Both the position numbers and the translations under genes were made by a program. From the IMG/VR virus record IMGVR_UViG_3300036766_000889: a DNA stretch of 64,000 bases, one strand, 5' to 3'. Under the pieces are notes generated by a model. That model had not been told where the DNA came from and searched no databases. It saw only the letters and a list, made by a program, of their open reading frames with translations. Positions 28,678 through 38,235 of the stretch are shown piece after piece. How positions within the stretch are numbered: position 1 is the first letter of the stretch; each line of letters opens with the position of its first letter. This stretch comes from a virus.

Positions 28678-29317
28678 CTGTACTCACAACGTTCAGATTT
28701 TCTGGAAGAGCGGTTATGTCGTTCACCATGGATATAGCTCTCATGAGAACTGATACCATTTCTGGGGTAGAGACCTGGGTTTTGTCATAATCATATTGAA
28801 CGGAGTCAATAAGACGGCAAAATTTAATATAATCTGACATACCACAACGATCACGAATTGAAATGAGTTTTTTCTCGAGAATCGCCAAAACTCTCGGAAC
28901 ATCACTCCACTTATCAGAAACGTACTCAGATTTTCGTTCAGAAGGTTCGACAATTTCCGGACCTTCTGGTCTGCGTGGTATTTTGATTCGGAATCTTTTC
29001 TCAAGATCCACCAACGCGTCCATGAACCTTAGTCCACGAAATTTCGCATATAAATTTATTGAGTCCAGTCGAACTTTGCACTTGAAACAAAAAAAGTGGG
29101 GCCTCTGACCAGATCCGTAGTAACGAGCAGATGGTCGATTGTCAGGGCCATGTCCAGGAAGCGGACAACTTATTTGAAAATCAGTTCGTTCTTCTGGAAT
29201 GTCAATATTATTACTAGTAAGAATGTCGTACATAGATATGTGCGACTCGACTTCACGTACTCTTCTCACAATCCATTCTTGAAATTCTGTTTTAGAATCT
29301 TTGTGATTTGTTGTCAT
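28658..29317 (-). CDS. CHC2 zinc-finger protein (DnaG primase zinc-binding domain, stand-alone)
   Basis: ISCPLPGHGPDNRPSA...FFCFKC...F.DAL. Confidence 0.75.
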   Translation of the reverse strand: MTTNHKDSKTEFQEWIVRRVREVESHISMYDILTSNNIDIPEERTDFQISCPLPGHGPDNRPSARYYGSGQRPHFFCFKCKVRLDSINLYAKFRGLRFMDALVDLEKRFRIKIPRRPEGPEIVEPSERKSEYVSDKWSDVPRVLAILEKKLISIRDRCGMSDYIKFCRLIDSVQYDYDKTQVSTPEMVSVLMRAISMVNDITALPENLNVVSTDADPPG

Positions 29318-30297
29318 TAAAAATGGGAACCTATGAAAAACTTATATCCAGTCATGCTGAACGAATAAACAAAATATCTAATGAATTTTTACGTTGTTTA
29401 CCTGATTGTCGTACAGACAGGAAAGCATTAATTAAAAGTGGACTAAGTAAAAACATGCTCAGGAAACTTAAAAATAGAGACCAAATTTTTATATCAAAGT
29501 ATAGAGAAATACACAGGGAGATTGAGTTAAATAGGTTATGCAGAAAATGTGGAGTCACATTTACACCGGAAAAACATAGGAAAAACTCAGTGTCATTTTC
29601 AGTATGCATAGGGTGTTCAACAAAATACTATAACATGCACCTTGATAATCCAGAAGCAAGAGTTAAACGAATTATTGCATCAGCGTCAACACGCGGTGAA
29701 TGTTCGTTAAAACCAAACCGTGTAATAAAACATCTTGACTCAACAAAATGGGTGTGTTCCTTATCAGGGGTCGTGATGACAACTGAGTCTGGACCAGATT
29801 GTGTGAGTCCAGATCGTATTGTTTCACATGATGGGTATTCAGTTAAAAATGTTCAGTTTGTTAGAAGACGAGTGAATTTAATGAGAGGAATGCTAAAATT
29901 AGATGAATTTATACACTTATGTAATCTTGTTAGTAATCCCGTTATTTATAAATCAAAAGTGTTTATTGATGAAAAACTTTTAAAAGAGTCGGCACGAAAA
30001 TTGATAAGAGACATAACAAGGAGAAAGAAACCATGCAACATATCAATAGATAATATCATAACCATTGTAAAGCGTCAAAACGGAGTTTGTTTTTATACCG
30101 GACTACCGATGAAAATTGAAAAAGGAAGAAATGATCCTTGTCAAGTTAGTATCGATAGAAAAAACTCGAGTGAAGGGTATTTGATAAACAACGTAGTTGC
30201 TTGTAGGCTAGATGTCAACAGAATGAAGTATGATATGAGTACTGAAACATTCATATCAGAATGTGATAGAATTTCTAGCATGAATGTTTCAGTATAA
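29308..30297 (+). CDS. HNH-like homing endonuclease with two tandem nuclease modules
   Basis: Two C..(S/T)G..M...S.DR....GY...NV....VN.M repeats. Confidence 0.7.
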   Translation: MLSLKMGTYEKLISSHAERINKISNEFLRCLPDCRTDRKALIKSGLSKNMLRKLKNRDQIFISKYREIHREIELNRLCRKCGVTFTPEKHRKNSVSFSVCIGCSTKYYNMHLDNPEARVKRIIASASTRGECSLKPNRVIKHLDSTKWVCSLSGVVMTTESGPDCVSPDRIVSHDGYSVKNVQFVRRRVNLMRGMLKLDEFIHLCNLVSNPVIYKSKVFIDEKLLKESARKLIRDITRRKKPCNISIDNIITIVKRQNGVCFYTGLPMKIEKGRNDPCQVSIDRKNSSEGYLINNVVACRLDVNRMKYDMSTETFISECDRISSMNVSV

Positions 30298-30495
30298 TGA
30301 TGAAAGCACGTTACTTGGATTGGTGTGCTTTCATCAATAAGCATTTCACCGTGTCCAAATTCATTTATACACGAATACGTTGTATAAGCATCACGTACAG
30401 TTATATAATTGAGACGTTTCTAAGAAGTGGTGGATCATGCCCGGGGTTACCGCGCATGTATTCAACAACGCCAACCATTTCTTAGAAACAATCCA

Positions 30496-31665
30496 TCATC
30501 CTTTAACACAGAGAATTTCTTTGAGACACGCCATAATCTCTACTAAATCTACCTGATAGGCCATAACTTGATCCAAGTCTTTGTAAGCACCTGGTATCTC
30601 ATCCAAAACTCCTTGGTCTTTTCGGCATTCGACTCCTGCCGTTTGTGCAGCCAAGTCCTCTAATGTGAACGTCCGTTTAGCAGCTCCACGGGACATTTTT
30701 CGTCCCGCCCCATGTGATGCTGAATGAAACGATTCTAAATTACCTAATCCGCGTACGATATAAGACTTAGTACCCATGGATCCAGGTATAATCCCCATTT
30801 CACCCAAGCGAGCAGATATGGCACCTTTGCGCGTCACCAACACTTCCTCTCCGAAGTGATTCTCTTCAGAGACATAATTATGGTGACACGTTATGGGCAC
30901 TTCATATTTGACTTGTGGGAACATTTTGAACATTATATCCAAACTGATTTTCAACATGATCTGTCGGTTGGCTAATGCGTAATCTTGACACCAATTTAGA
31001 TCGCGCCGATATGCATCCATTTCAGTAGTCCCAGATAGAAATACTGCTAGATCCCTATCTGGTAATGCTTGGTTGTGCGTCAACTGCATGGCCTTACCGA
31101 TGTGGATCTCAGCTAACGTCTTACCGATATTACGAGATCCGGAATGCAACATTATCCATACACTTTGATCTTCATCTAAGCAAAGAGACCAAAAATGATT
31201 GCCGCCTCCGAGCGTCCCCATTTGCTTGCGTGCTTTGCCAAGAATATCCTGAACTTTGTCATGCAAATTATGAAATTCGTCCCATAATTTATGCTTGTCA
31301 GCATATTTATTAGTATACTCATGAGCGTTGAACCCGACAGGGATCTTCGCTTCAATCTCCAGCCGCAACGCTTGCAGCGAGTTCGGGAGATCTGATGCCA
31401 TGAGGTTGGTTTTAACTGCGATCATTCCACAGCCAATATCCACACCTACCGCGCTTGGAGATACCGCACCCTTCATAGCGATTACAGAACCTACCGTCGC
31501 TCCTTTGCCATAGTGGACATCAGGCATGACCGCAATATGATGGAAAACCCAAGGTAGAGAAGCAACGTTTCTTAGTTGGTCTAGGGCGCTACTCTCAACC
31601 TCATGAATTGGCACCCACAACTTAACCGGAACAGTCTTCCCTTTAATTTCTGAAATTGACATCAC
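30496..31665 (-). CDS. rtcB: RNA ligase RtcB
   Basis: MPDVHYGKG, GVDIGCG, GTLGGGNHF, HSGSR, CHHNY, SHGAGR, DEIPGAYK. Confidence 0.97.
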   Translation of the reverse strand: MMSISEIKGKTVPVKLWVPIHEVESSALDQLRNVASLPWVFHHIAVMPDVHYGKGATVGSVIAMKGAVSPSAVGVDIGCGMIAVKTNLMASDLPNSLQALRLEIEAKIPVGFNAHEYTNKYADKHKLWDEFHNLHDKVQDILGKARKQMGTLGGGNHFWSLCLDEDQSVWIMLHSGSRNIGKTLAEIHIGKAMQLTHNQALPDRDLAVFLSGTTEMDAYRRDLNWCQDYALANRQIMLKISLDIMFKMFPQVKYEVPITCHHNYVSEENHFGEEVLVTRKGAISARLGEMGIIPGSMGTKSYIVRGLGNLESFHSASHGAGRKMSRGAAKRTFTLEDLAAQTAGVECRKDQGVLDEIPGAYKDLDQVMAYQVDLVEIMACLKEILCVKG

Positions 31666-32252
31666 AAACCCTCACCGATTTCCCACCGAATGAATCGTCG
31701 GATATTAACCTTTTCACCAAGCTTGGCGCTTAATTCTACTTGAATTTGTTCGATGGTCTTACCTGGCATGGCCACCGATTCCTGCTCAAGCAAGCAGACC
31801 TCGGAACACCACTTCATATACTTGCCCGAGAAAATCTTCTGTTTCCGATCCTCTGGAACATCCACAGGAATTTGAGCCCTAAACACAGCTTCTTGGGCTT
31901 CCCACGCTTCTAAGGGAACCTGTTGTTCACGCACTGCCAACGGGGATGTCGCTACGATTTGAAACATCACCAAATCAGCGAATTGTTTGAAGTCAACAGA
32001 TTTCGCTGCAAAGTCCGTCTCGCAATTGATTTCAACCACAGCAACGATCTTCCCATCACTGTGGTTGTAGGAAAACACCTTGCCTTCGGTCGCAAGTCGC
32101 CCCGCCCGTTCGGCAGCCTTGATGATGCCGCGCTTCTTGAGCAACTCCAGCGCTTGCTCCACATCGCCACCTGACTCTTCAAGCGCTTTACGACAAGCAT
32201 CCATCCCGACGCCCGATCGCATTCTAATTTCTTTGATTTTTTCTACACTCAT
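31662..32252 (-). CDS. tsf: translation elongation factor Ts (short form)
   Basis: IKEIRMRSGVGMDACRKAL...EINCETDFAA...IRRFIRW. Confidence 0.95.
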   Translation of the reverse strand: MSVEKIKEIRMRSGVGMDACRKALEESGGDVEQALELLKKRGIIKAAERAGRLATEGKVFSYNHSDGKIVAVVEINCETDFAAKSVDFKQFADLVMFQIVATSPLAVREQQVPLEAWEAQEAVFRAQIPVDVPEDRKQKIFSGKYMKWCSEVCLLEQESVAMPGKTIEQIQVELSAKLGEKVNIRRFIRWEIGEGL

Positions 32253-32593
32253 AGTGTATACTACACTAGAGAGTTGCGTATTTACGGGGATGAGTAAACC
32301 TACCCCCCCCCCCCCATATATTACGCTAGCTGAGACTGCGCCACGTACCGGAGTCGTAACCGTTGTACTTACGGACTTCGTGCCTCGGACAACACTTGCA
32401 GTGACGAAACAGCGGACGTTGCTGAGCGTCTACTTCGGCTCCGTAGAGCCAAGCGTGCGCGCCGAACAGACAAAACAAGGCGTCAAGGAAACGAAGCATC
32501 AGTTCAACCTATTGTTGGGGTGGTTGTCTTGACTGGCCTTCTAAAGCTAGCAGCTCGAACAATCGTTTCATGGCCGCTGCTAACGCAGCAAAG

Positions 32594-32962
32594 TCATCGG
32601 CGTCCAGGTCGTCCAACATTTTCCCAAACATGGGCTTTAGCCGAGCTTCTGGTATGAGCCCGAGAATTCGGGACACCTGCATGGCTATCCGAACCACTTC
32701 CCCGGTATTGCTGTCGATTTTTTTTCTTCACGGCCCCCGTCTCCTTCGGAGACGAAGTAAACCAGTTCGCCATCGACGGATCTGTGCCTTTGTTGTGGAG
32801 GCTGACCGGAAAGCTAACGCGCAGCCATTTAGACGAAGGCGTCGTTTTCTTGCAGAAGCCGCATGTGGTGTTTCCGTCTGGCCGACGTTCCATCGTAGTT
32901 TTCAACGGGCTGTCTTTCCCGCAGGAGGGGCAGAACCCGTATCCGTTATCACGTGCTTTCAT
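32594..32962 (-). CDS. zinc-ribbon hypothetical protein
   Basis: YGFCPSCG...ERRPDGNTTC. Confidence 0.45.
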   Translation of the reverse strand: MKARDNGYGFCPSCGKDSPLKTTMERRPDGNTTCGFCKKTTPSSKWLRVSFPVSLHNKGTDPSMANWFTSSPKETGAVKKKNRQQYRGSGSDSHAGVPNSRAHTRSSAKAHVWENVGRPGRR

Positions 32963-33197
32963 AGAATTTCAAAAAGCGCAGCCGGTTGACACGGGATCTG
33001 GACATCGAAACCTTCGCGGCCCGTTGTAACTGTCCATAGTCACTATCAGAGTTTTACCACATGTACAGACTCCAGAAACAGGCTCGCCTCCAATCCAGAT
33101 TTGGCTGGGAACATAGACAGTCGGAATCAGATGGAACGTGGAATATGACCTGAAAGAGACGCCTCCGAGAATCACCCATTTCATGTGGTCGCCTGTA

Positions 33198-33596
33198 TTA
33201 GCGCTTTGGTTCATTTGTATCTTCTACGGGTAGTCCAGCGGCCTGCTGAAGCCGCGTTGCGTCTTGAAGAAGAAGCTTCGTTTCAGCTTTGAGCGCTTTC
33301 ACTTCAAGTCCAAGCATCTGAACTCTCAAAGCCAACAACTCCATCGGCTGTGCTTCAGCCTTCTGTTTTTCCTGAAGCTCTGCCCAAGCCACGAGTACCG
33401 CCCATACTGTAGCGACGCTCAAAAGGACAAGGACAAGAAAAAGTGGGCCGAACTCAACCACCTGGTACCAGAAGTAATGTCGTGCGGACTCCTTGCGTTC
33501 TTCGTCCGTTGGAAACCCTGGAAACCCTGGGAGCAGGATGCGGTCTGGACGTGTCGCTGGCGGTTTACTCATCGGTGCACTCCAACGTGTTCTCAA
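33198..33596 (-). CDS. membrane-anchored coiled-coil protein
   Basis: One TM helix followed by a coiled coil. Confidence 0.5.
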   Translation of the reverse strand: MRTRWSAPMSKPPATRPDRILLPGFPGFPTDEERKESARHYFWYQVVEFGPLFLVLVLLSVATVWAVLVAWAELQEKQKAEAQPMELLALRVQMLGLEVKALKAETKLLLQDATRLQQAAGLPVEDTNEPKR

Positions 33597-33639
33597 CGTA
33601 TAATCACATGGTCATAAAACATTAATATCACATAGTTTC

Positions 33640-34197
33640 ATGGAATTGAAATTATGTCGAAAATGTGGACAGGAAAAACCTTTGATAAAATTTCCGAAAC
33701 AGAGGAAAAATCCTATGAAAAGGACAAGTCCCTGTCTCAGATGCTCAGAGAAAAAACGATTAAATAATCCAAATAGTGTAATCGGGAAAACTGTTTTACG
33801 CAGAAGAAAACTGTATTTATCAAATCCAAATAACATTCCTTCTATCATTATTCGGAGCGCGAGACATTATGATAAAACTCATACTAAATACGGTTTTGAC
33901 TTGGATCATGATTTTGTTTCTGCATTAATTGCAGATGGATGTAAATACTGTGGTATTAATAATGTGAGGATGACGCTTGATCGTATTGATAATCAGTTAG
34001 GACATCTGAAATCAAATGTTCATCCAGCTTGTGTGCGATGCAATCATATCCGTGGTTCAATGCCATTTGATGCCTGGATGAATATGGTTCCTTCGATTCG
34101 AAAGACGTATGAACTTGGTCTATTCGCAGATTGGTGGATCGACACCAAGTCCATTTATAAATCAAATATCATACCATTTGTCTCTTCTAGTACCTAG
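33640..34197 (+). CDS. HNH-type homing endonuclease
   Basis: CKYCG...TLDRIDNQLGHLKSNVHPACVRCN. Confidence 0.8.
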   Translation: MELKLCRKCGQEKPLIKFPKQRKNPMKRTSPCLRCSEKKRLNNPNSVIGKTVLRRRKLYLSNPNNIPSIIIRSARHYDKTHTKYGFDLDHDFVSALIADGCKYCGINNVRMTLDRIDNQLGHLKSNVHPACVRCNHIRGSMPFDAWMNMVPSIRKTYELGLFADWWIDTKSIYKSNIIPFVSSST

Positions 34198-34799
34198 GGT
34201 TCTAGTTCAGCGTCCCAATACAACCAAGAACGCCAGCATTCTGGAATGTCCTTTATAGATTCCATACGTAAAGCTGCAATCGGAAGCGACTTGGGACGTA
34301 CCGGCTGATTCAAAAGGTACATACCGGCTTCAGCGGGCGTACGATTACGCTTGATGGAGTTGCACGGGTAGCAACTCATCACGATGTTCTCCCAGACCGT
34401 TTTACCGCCTTGGGCACGAGGAATTACATGATCAAAATTCAGATCACGCATATTGTGCTTGGCTCCGCAATACTGACAAGCGAACTTGTCTCGAGTCAGC
34501 ACGTTGATCCGGCTGAACTTCACTACTTTCTTCTTGCCGATCTTACCGAGCAGTCGGATTACGGCCGGAACCCTAACCACGAACGTATCCGGGTCAGAGT
34601 CCTCCACGCCAAGCTCGAACCAGGCAAGCATCTGCTTGCTGACCTGCAAGCCATTAGCTGCGTCCCTGGAAATAGCCCGGACAACGTCCGTGTACAGCTC
34701 TACGACTTCAGCACGACCGTCGTGAAGAAGCTGGGCAGCACGCTGCCAACTCACGACTCGGTGAGGTTGAAAACCAATATCTAGGACTAATGTTCTCAT
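34194..34799 (-). CDS. HNH endonuclease (McrA-like)
   Basis: RDKFACQYCG...DHVIPRAQGG..WENIVMSCYPCN. Confidence 0.9.
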   Translation of the reverse strand: MRTLVLDIGFQPHRVVSWQRAAQLLHDGRAEVVELYTDVVRAISRDAANGLQVSKQMLAWFELGVEDSDPDTFVVRVPAVIRLLGKIGKKKVVKFSRINVLTRDKFACQYCGAKHNMRDLNFDHVIPRAQGGKTVWENIVMSCYPCNSIKRNRTPAEAGMYLLNQPVRPKSLPIAALRMESIKDIPECWRSWLYWDAELEP

Positions 34800-34811
34800 A
34801 TTAATTATTAA

Positions 34812-34937
34812 GTGGTAACAAAATTTAGTGATTCAATTTCAGCTGCTCTACCACTGAGCTATACATAACTTTCGCTATGTAATTGGACTTGAACCAATGA
34901 CCCGCTGTTTGGTTGTAGAACCACCGGCATTTACCAC
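34812..34937 (-). ncRNA. yrlA: YrlA-type Y RNA with permuted tRNA-like module
   Basis: Terminal stem GTGGT/ACCAC; T-arm (TTGGTTCAAGTCCAA), closed acceptor-like stem (ACATAGC-GAAA-GTTATGT), then D-arm (AGCTCAGTGGTAGAGC); just downstream of Ro60. Confidence 0.85.
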
Positions 34938-34968
34938 ACAATAAATGGAAACTATACCATAAACATAT

Positions 34969-35172
34969 GCTGACAACAAGGTTCGCAGAGATGTTTACAT
35001 TATCGGTGTAATCCCATGCAGCATTTGTCAACGTTATTTATACTGACAACGAAATTCGTAGAGATTTTTACAGTTTAAATGTAATCCCTACAGCATTTGT
35101 CAGCGTTATTTGTACTGACGACAAAATTTACAGAGATTCTTTTTACCTGTAGTCCCTGCAGCATTCGTCAGT
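34969..35172 (-). repeat. three tandem ~60-nt Y-RNA-like hairpin units (34969-35032, 35042-35104, 35114-35172)
   Basis: Each unit reads YTGACRAATGCTGYA(T)GGGAYTACA...ATCTCT...TTGT/TCGT..GTCAG, closed by a terminal stem; conserved spacer (G)TAYAAATAAC. Confidence 0.8.
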
Positions 35173-35178
35173 GTTATT

Positions 35179-36735
35179 TTATCCTACACCTATCATTTTC
35201 TCAATCTTTTCGACCCAGGCATCTTTATTGCCACCGTCAATGAAACTTGAAATCACACCGAACACTGCATCACTGAAACCACCAACGTTCAAACGGTCTT
35301 CATCGGTGATTACTTGTGCAGTTTGATTCGGTGTTAGGTCAATACACACAAGCTTGGCTTTACGATTACGCCTCTTGAAAGACAACCACTCGGTCGATAA
35401 ACCGGTACCTCTACGATAACCCCTATCAGCCCAGCTTTCGTTGTCGGAGACATATATCACAAGGTCAGCATTTGCATTTTCCTCGTTAAGCAAAGCGAGT
35501 GGAGCAGAACAGGTGGTACCGCCGCCTCCCACACTTGCAATTTGGGTAGCTAGAGTCATCACACTATCACGAGGATTGATCTTCAAATCAACAACATCTG
35601 TTTCAAACGGGATAACTCTTGCGTTTGGATTCTTGCGCAAAATCGCGGCAGCAATCAACGCAGCTATGTCTATGCAACGAGCCTTAGATGTAGCACCTTG
35701 ACGTTGTCCAGTAATCGGGCTACTCATGCTACCGGAAACGTCTACACAGACTACAACGTTACAATTGTAGCTCGGCACGTTGTTCAGCGAATGCTCCATC
35801 GCGTCCTGTAACGCGTTGGTCAATTCGGCAGGAATGTCAGTTGCATTCAAATATGCCATAAGTAGCTGGTATGGAAATACCCGCGCCTTATTGATTTCAT
35901 CAACATTGCGCAAACGTGCAGCCAGTAGACTAACCATTTCTGGGTTGTCTAGCACACCGTGACGCTTGAACGTGTTGAGATTCATACGAGTCATCTGCCA
36001 ACCAGCATTCTTTGCAACGGTTGTCCAGCCAGCCGTATCAAGATTAAGAGAGTCTAGCATCTGAAATGGGACGTCCGGGATGATCTGACTACGGTCAACC
36101 TTATAATTCTCGTACGCACGTACGAGCTCCGGAAGGTGTTCGACAGTATACGGCTTACCAATTAGATAAGCATACAACGCCTTACGATCGTCGCTAACCG
36201 GGTTCGGGCGAACCATCTTAACCAGATCAGATAGAGACGGCTTCTTTCCGACGCTATCTCGGAAAAGTTGGTCCGATGACCGAGATGCAAACCATTCACG
36301 AAGCATGCGTCGAGGAGCAGAACCAAAGGACTTACGGGACGTCTTACCAGATCGGACAATTTGCGCGAAATTTCTCGCCATTTTGCCATTATCGATAACT
36401 CGTGGAAACACAAGCTTAGCTGCAAGTAAGCCTTCTGGACCACGAGAACATAAATGCGCAAGCAAAATCGCTGGCATATCCTTCATATGACCAAGTTGGC
36501 GTGCATATACAGCGACTTTAGCCACATAACTAACTTCACAGTTAGCTGCGTGCTTCAAAACTTCATCCAACTGGTCAGACGCAGCAGCATAGTACGTGTT
36601 ACCGAAGCAACCGGTAGACGCAATTTGAGCAAGAGCTTGCTTTGACGTAAGCGAGTATGCATTCCCACCGGCATGATTTACAGCCGTTGAAACATGAGCC
36701 TGAGGCAGAGTGTTAAATAGTTGTTGATTTGTCAT
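35179..36735 (-). CDS. rsr: Ro60/Rsr TROVE-domain RNA-binding protein with vWA domain
   Basis: NHAGGNAY, MTRMNLNTF, RVFPYQLL, DVSGSM (MIDAS), GGT.CSAPL, SDNESW. Confidence 0.95.
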   Translation of the reverse strand: MTNQQLFNTLPQAHVSTAVNHAGGNAYSLTSKQALAQIASTGCFGNTYYAAASDQLDEVLKHAANCEVSYVAKVAVYARQLGHMKDMPAILLAHLCSRGPEGLLAAKLVFPRVIDNGKMARNFAQIVRSGKTSRKSFGSAPRRMLREWFASRSSDQLFRDSVGKKPSLSDLVKMVRPNPVSDDRKALYAYLIGKPYTVEHLPELVRAYENYKVDRSQIIPDVPFQMLDSLNLDTAGWTTVAKNAGWQMTRMNLNTFKRHGVLDNPEMVSLLAARLRNVDEINKARVFPYQLLMAYLNATDIPAELTNALQDAMEHSLNNVPSYNCNVVVCVDVSGSMSSPITGQRQGATSKARCIDIAALIAAAILRKNPNARVIPFETDVVDLKINPRDSVMTLATQIASVGGGGTTCSAPLALLNEENANADLVIYVSDNESWADRGYRRGTGLSTEWLSFKRRNRKAKLVCIDLTPNQTAQVITDEDRLNVGGFSDAVFGVISSFIDGGNKDAWVEKIEKMIGVG

Positions 36736-36780
36736 GATCTAACCTATAATAACATACAATCAAATAAGTTGTTTCAATCG

Positions 36781-36854
36781 TGCTGTGCGCGAGACTCGAA
36801 CTCGCAACCTCTCGGACCTAAACCGAGCGCCTCTGCCAATTGGGCTACCACAGC
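36781..36854 (-). tRNA. tRNA-Leu(TAG), short variable loop
   Basis: Cloverleaf; anticodon loop TTTAGGT. Confidence 0.85.
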
Positions 36855-36861
36855 AAAACAA

Positions 36862-37009
36862 CGGATGGGTTGGACTTACACCAACAGAGCGCCTGGGCTG
36901 GAGTCGAACCAGCTTCTTACCGTTCAGGAGCAAGCTCGTCAGCTTCGCAGCCTCGGTCGATATTCAGCTCGCTAGCAGCCTATTCCCGCCATTCACTGCG
37001 TTGCCATCC
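36862..37009 (-). ncRNA. unassigned tRNA-like RNA with two T-loop hairpins
   Basis: Terminal GGATGG/CCATCC stem; GCTGG-TTCGACT-CCAGC and GTTGG-TGTAAGT-CCAAC. Confidence 0.45.
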
Positions 37010-37095
37010 TGGTGCAAGAGATGGGATTTGAACCCATAAGACCTTTCGGTCGGATGATTTTAAGTCATCTGCGTATTCCATTCCGCCACTCTTGC
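37010..37095 (-). tRNA. tRNA-Leu(TAA)
   Basis: Long variable arm; encoded CCA. Confidence 0.95.
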
Positions 37096-37117
37096 GTAAC
37101 GATTGATCTATTAAATC

Positions 37118-37219
37118 AACCAACCACCAAACAATGCGGGCATCGAACCCACTCAGGTTTCACAGCAGTCTCCAGAGTTGCCACGCCCTGCTGGGGCTAC
37201 TCTTGTTTGGCGGTTGGTT
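37118..37219 (-). ncRNA. tRNA-shaped RNA with 17-bp terminal stem
   Basis: AACCAACCGCCAAACAA/TTGTTTGGTGGTTGGTT; D-like GCCC/GGGC; T-arm GTGGG-TTCGATG-CCCGC. Confidence 0.55.
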
Positions 37220-37262
37220 CATTAAACAGAGTTGCATACGACCCAATTAACTGAATTTACAA

Positions 37263-37916
37263 CTAAACTCGTCCGGAAGCGAAAGCCTTAGCAAATTCTC
37301 GTTTGAAAACTTCCGTCTGATCTTCGGGAAGTATGCCGACGTGGCGATAGAATTCAGTAATTGGGCGTACTACGGGAGCCAAAAAGCTTTCTCGTGATCC
37401 TCTCTGGCCCATGACTGTGGCTTCAATTGGTGTTGCCTTACGGGCGTAATAATTCCAGTTTTTCAAGGAAGTAAGAAATAAAGCGTAGGCCATATTTCCT
37501 ACAACATCCACGATAGCTGCCATATGATGGCCAACGCCATCATTGTGCGTGCAAATAGACCCAACTTTGATCATAGACAAAGGTATGACAGGTGGCGTGA
37601 TATCCGAAACTAGGGGAATTACTTTTTCATCAACGAGACTAAAAGGAGGTGGGAACTCCTCGAGATACTTCAGCATCTCTTCAGCTTTCTGCCGTGGTAG
37701 CGTCGAATCATTATCAAATGCAATAATAGTTGCCGAAGCAAAAATGAACTCATGAACCCCAACATCAGTGCGCGTATAAAACGTTCGAAAAAAACCTTTT
37801 TTTCCACGCAACACGCCACATGTCCACTCTATCATCGTTGCAACAGGCTTTGACTTTGGTATCGCTTTCCCACTGATATAATCTTTCAATGTGAAATCGT
37901 CGTCATTCATAGTCAA
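37263..37916 (-). CDS. hypothetical protein
   Basis: 217-aa ORF inside the tRNA array. Confidence 0.65.
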   Translation of the reverse strand: MTMNDDDFTLKDYISGKAIPKSKPVATMIEWTCGVLRGKKGFFRTFYTRTDVGVHEFIFASATIIAFDNDSTLPRQKAEEMLKYLEEFPPPFSLVDEKVIPLVSDITPPVIPLSMIKVGSICTHNDGVGHHMAAIVDVVGNMAYALFLTSLKNWNYYARKATPIEATVMGQRGSRESFLAPVVRPITEFYRHVGILPEDQTEVFKREFAKAFASGRV

Positions 37917-38119
37917 TGTCCAGTTTGAGTACTCGATTTTTCTTCTTTACTCAACCCTTCACCACAGTTACCACAGTTACCACTATGACATAGACCAAAA
38001 CATACAATTATGAACAAAGCTAAAATTGCTGAGTCATCTTTTCTTCGTGCCATTGCTACAAGAACAGCAGTAACTCCGAAAATCATAGCAAGAATTAAAG
38101 TGTTTGTTGATATATCCAT
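37913..38119 (-). CDS. small membrane protein
   Basis: AAGGAG SD; two TM helices. Confidence 0.6.
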   Translation of the reverse strand: MDISTNTLILAMIFGVTAVLVAMARRKDDSAILALFIIVCFGLCHSGNCGNCGEGLSKEEKSSTQTGH

Positions 38120-38135
38120 AAACTCCTTGTATCAA

Positions 38136-38218
38136 TGGTTGCGGGCGAAGGAATTGCACCTACTTGTCCGAGGAACCGGGTTATGAGCCCGGTGGGTTTC
38201 TGTTACCCCATGCCCGCA
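38136..38218 (-). tRNA. tRNA-Met(CAT), initiator-like
   Basis: Three G-C pairs (GGG/CCC) closing the anticodon loop; enlarged variable region; CCA. Confidence 0.85.
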
Positions 38219-38235
38219 TAATGTAACGAATTCAG

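Noticed and set aside
34969-35172. CRISPR array
   Set aside because: Repeats are diverged self-complementary ~60-nt units with constant short spacers, no cas genes are nearby, and they are homologous to the adjacent Y RNA stem
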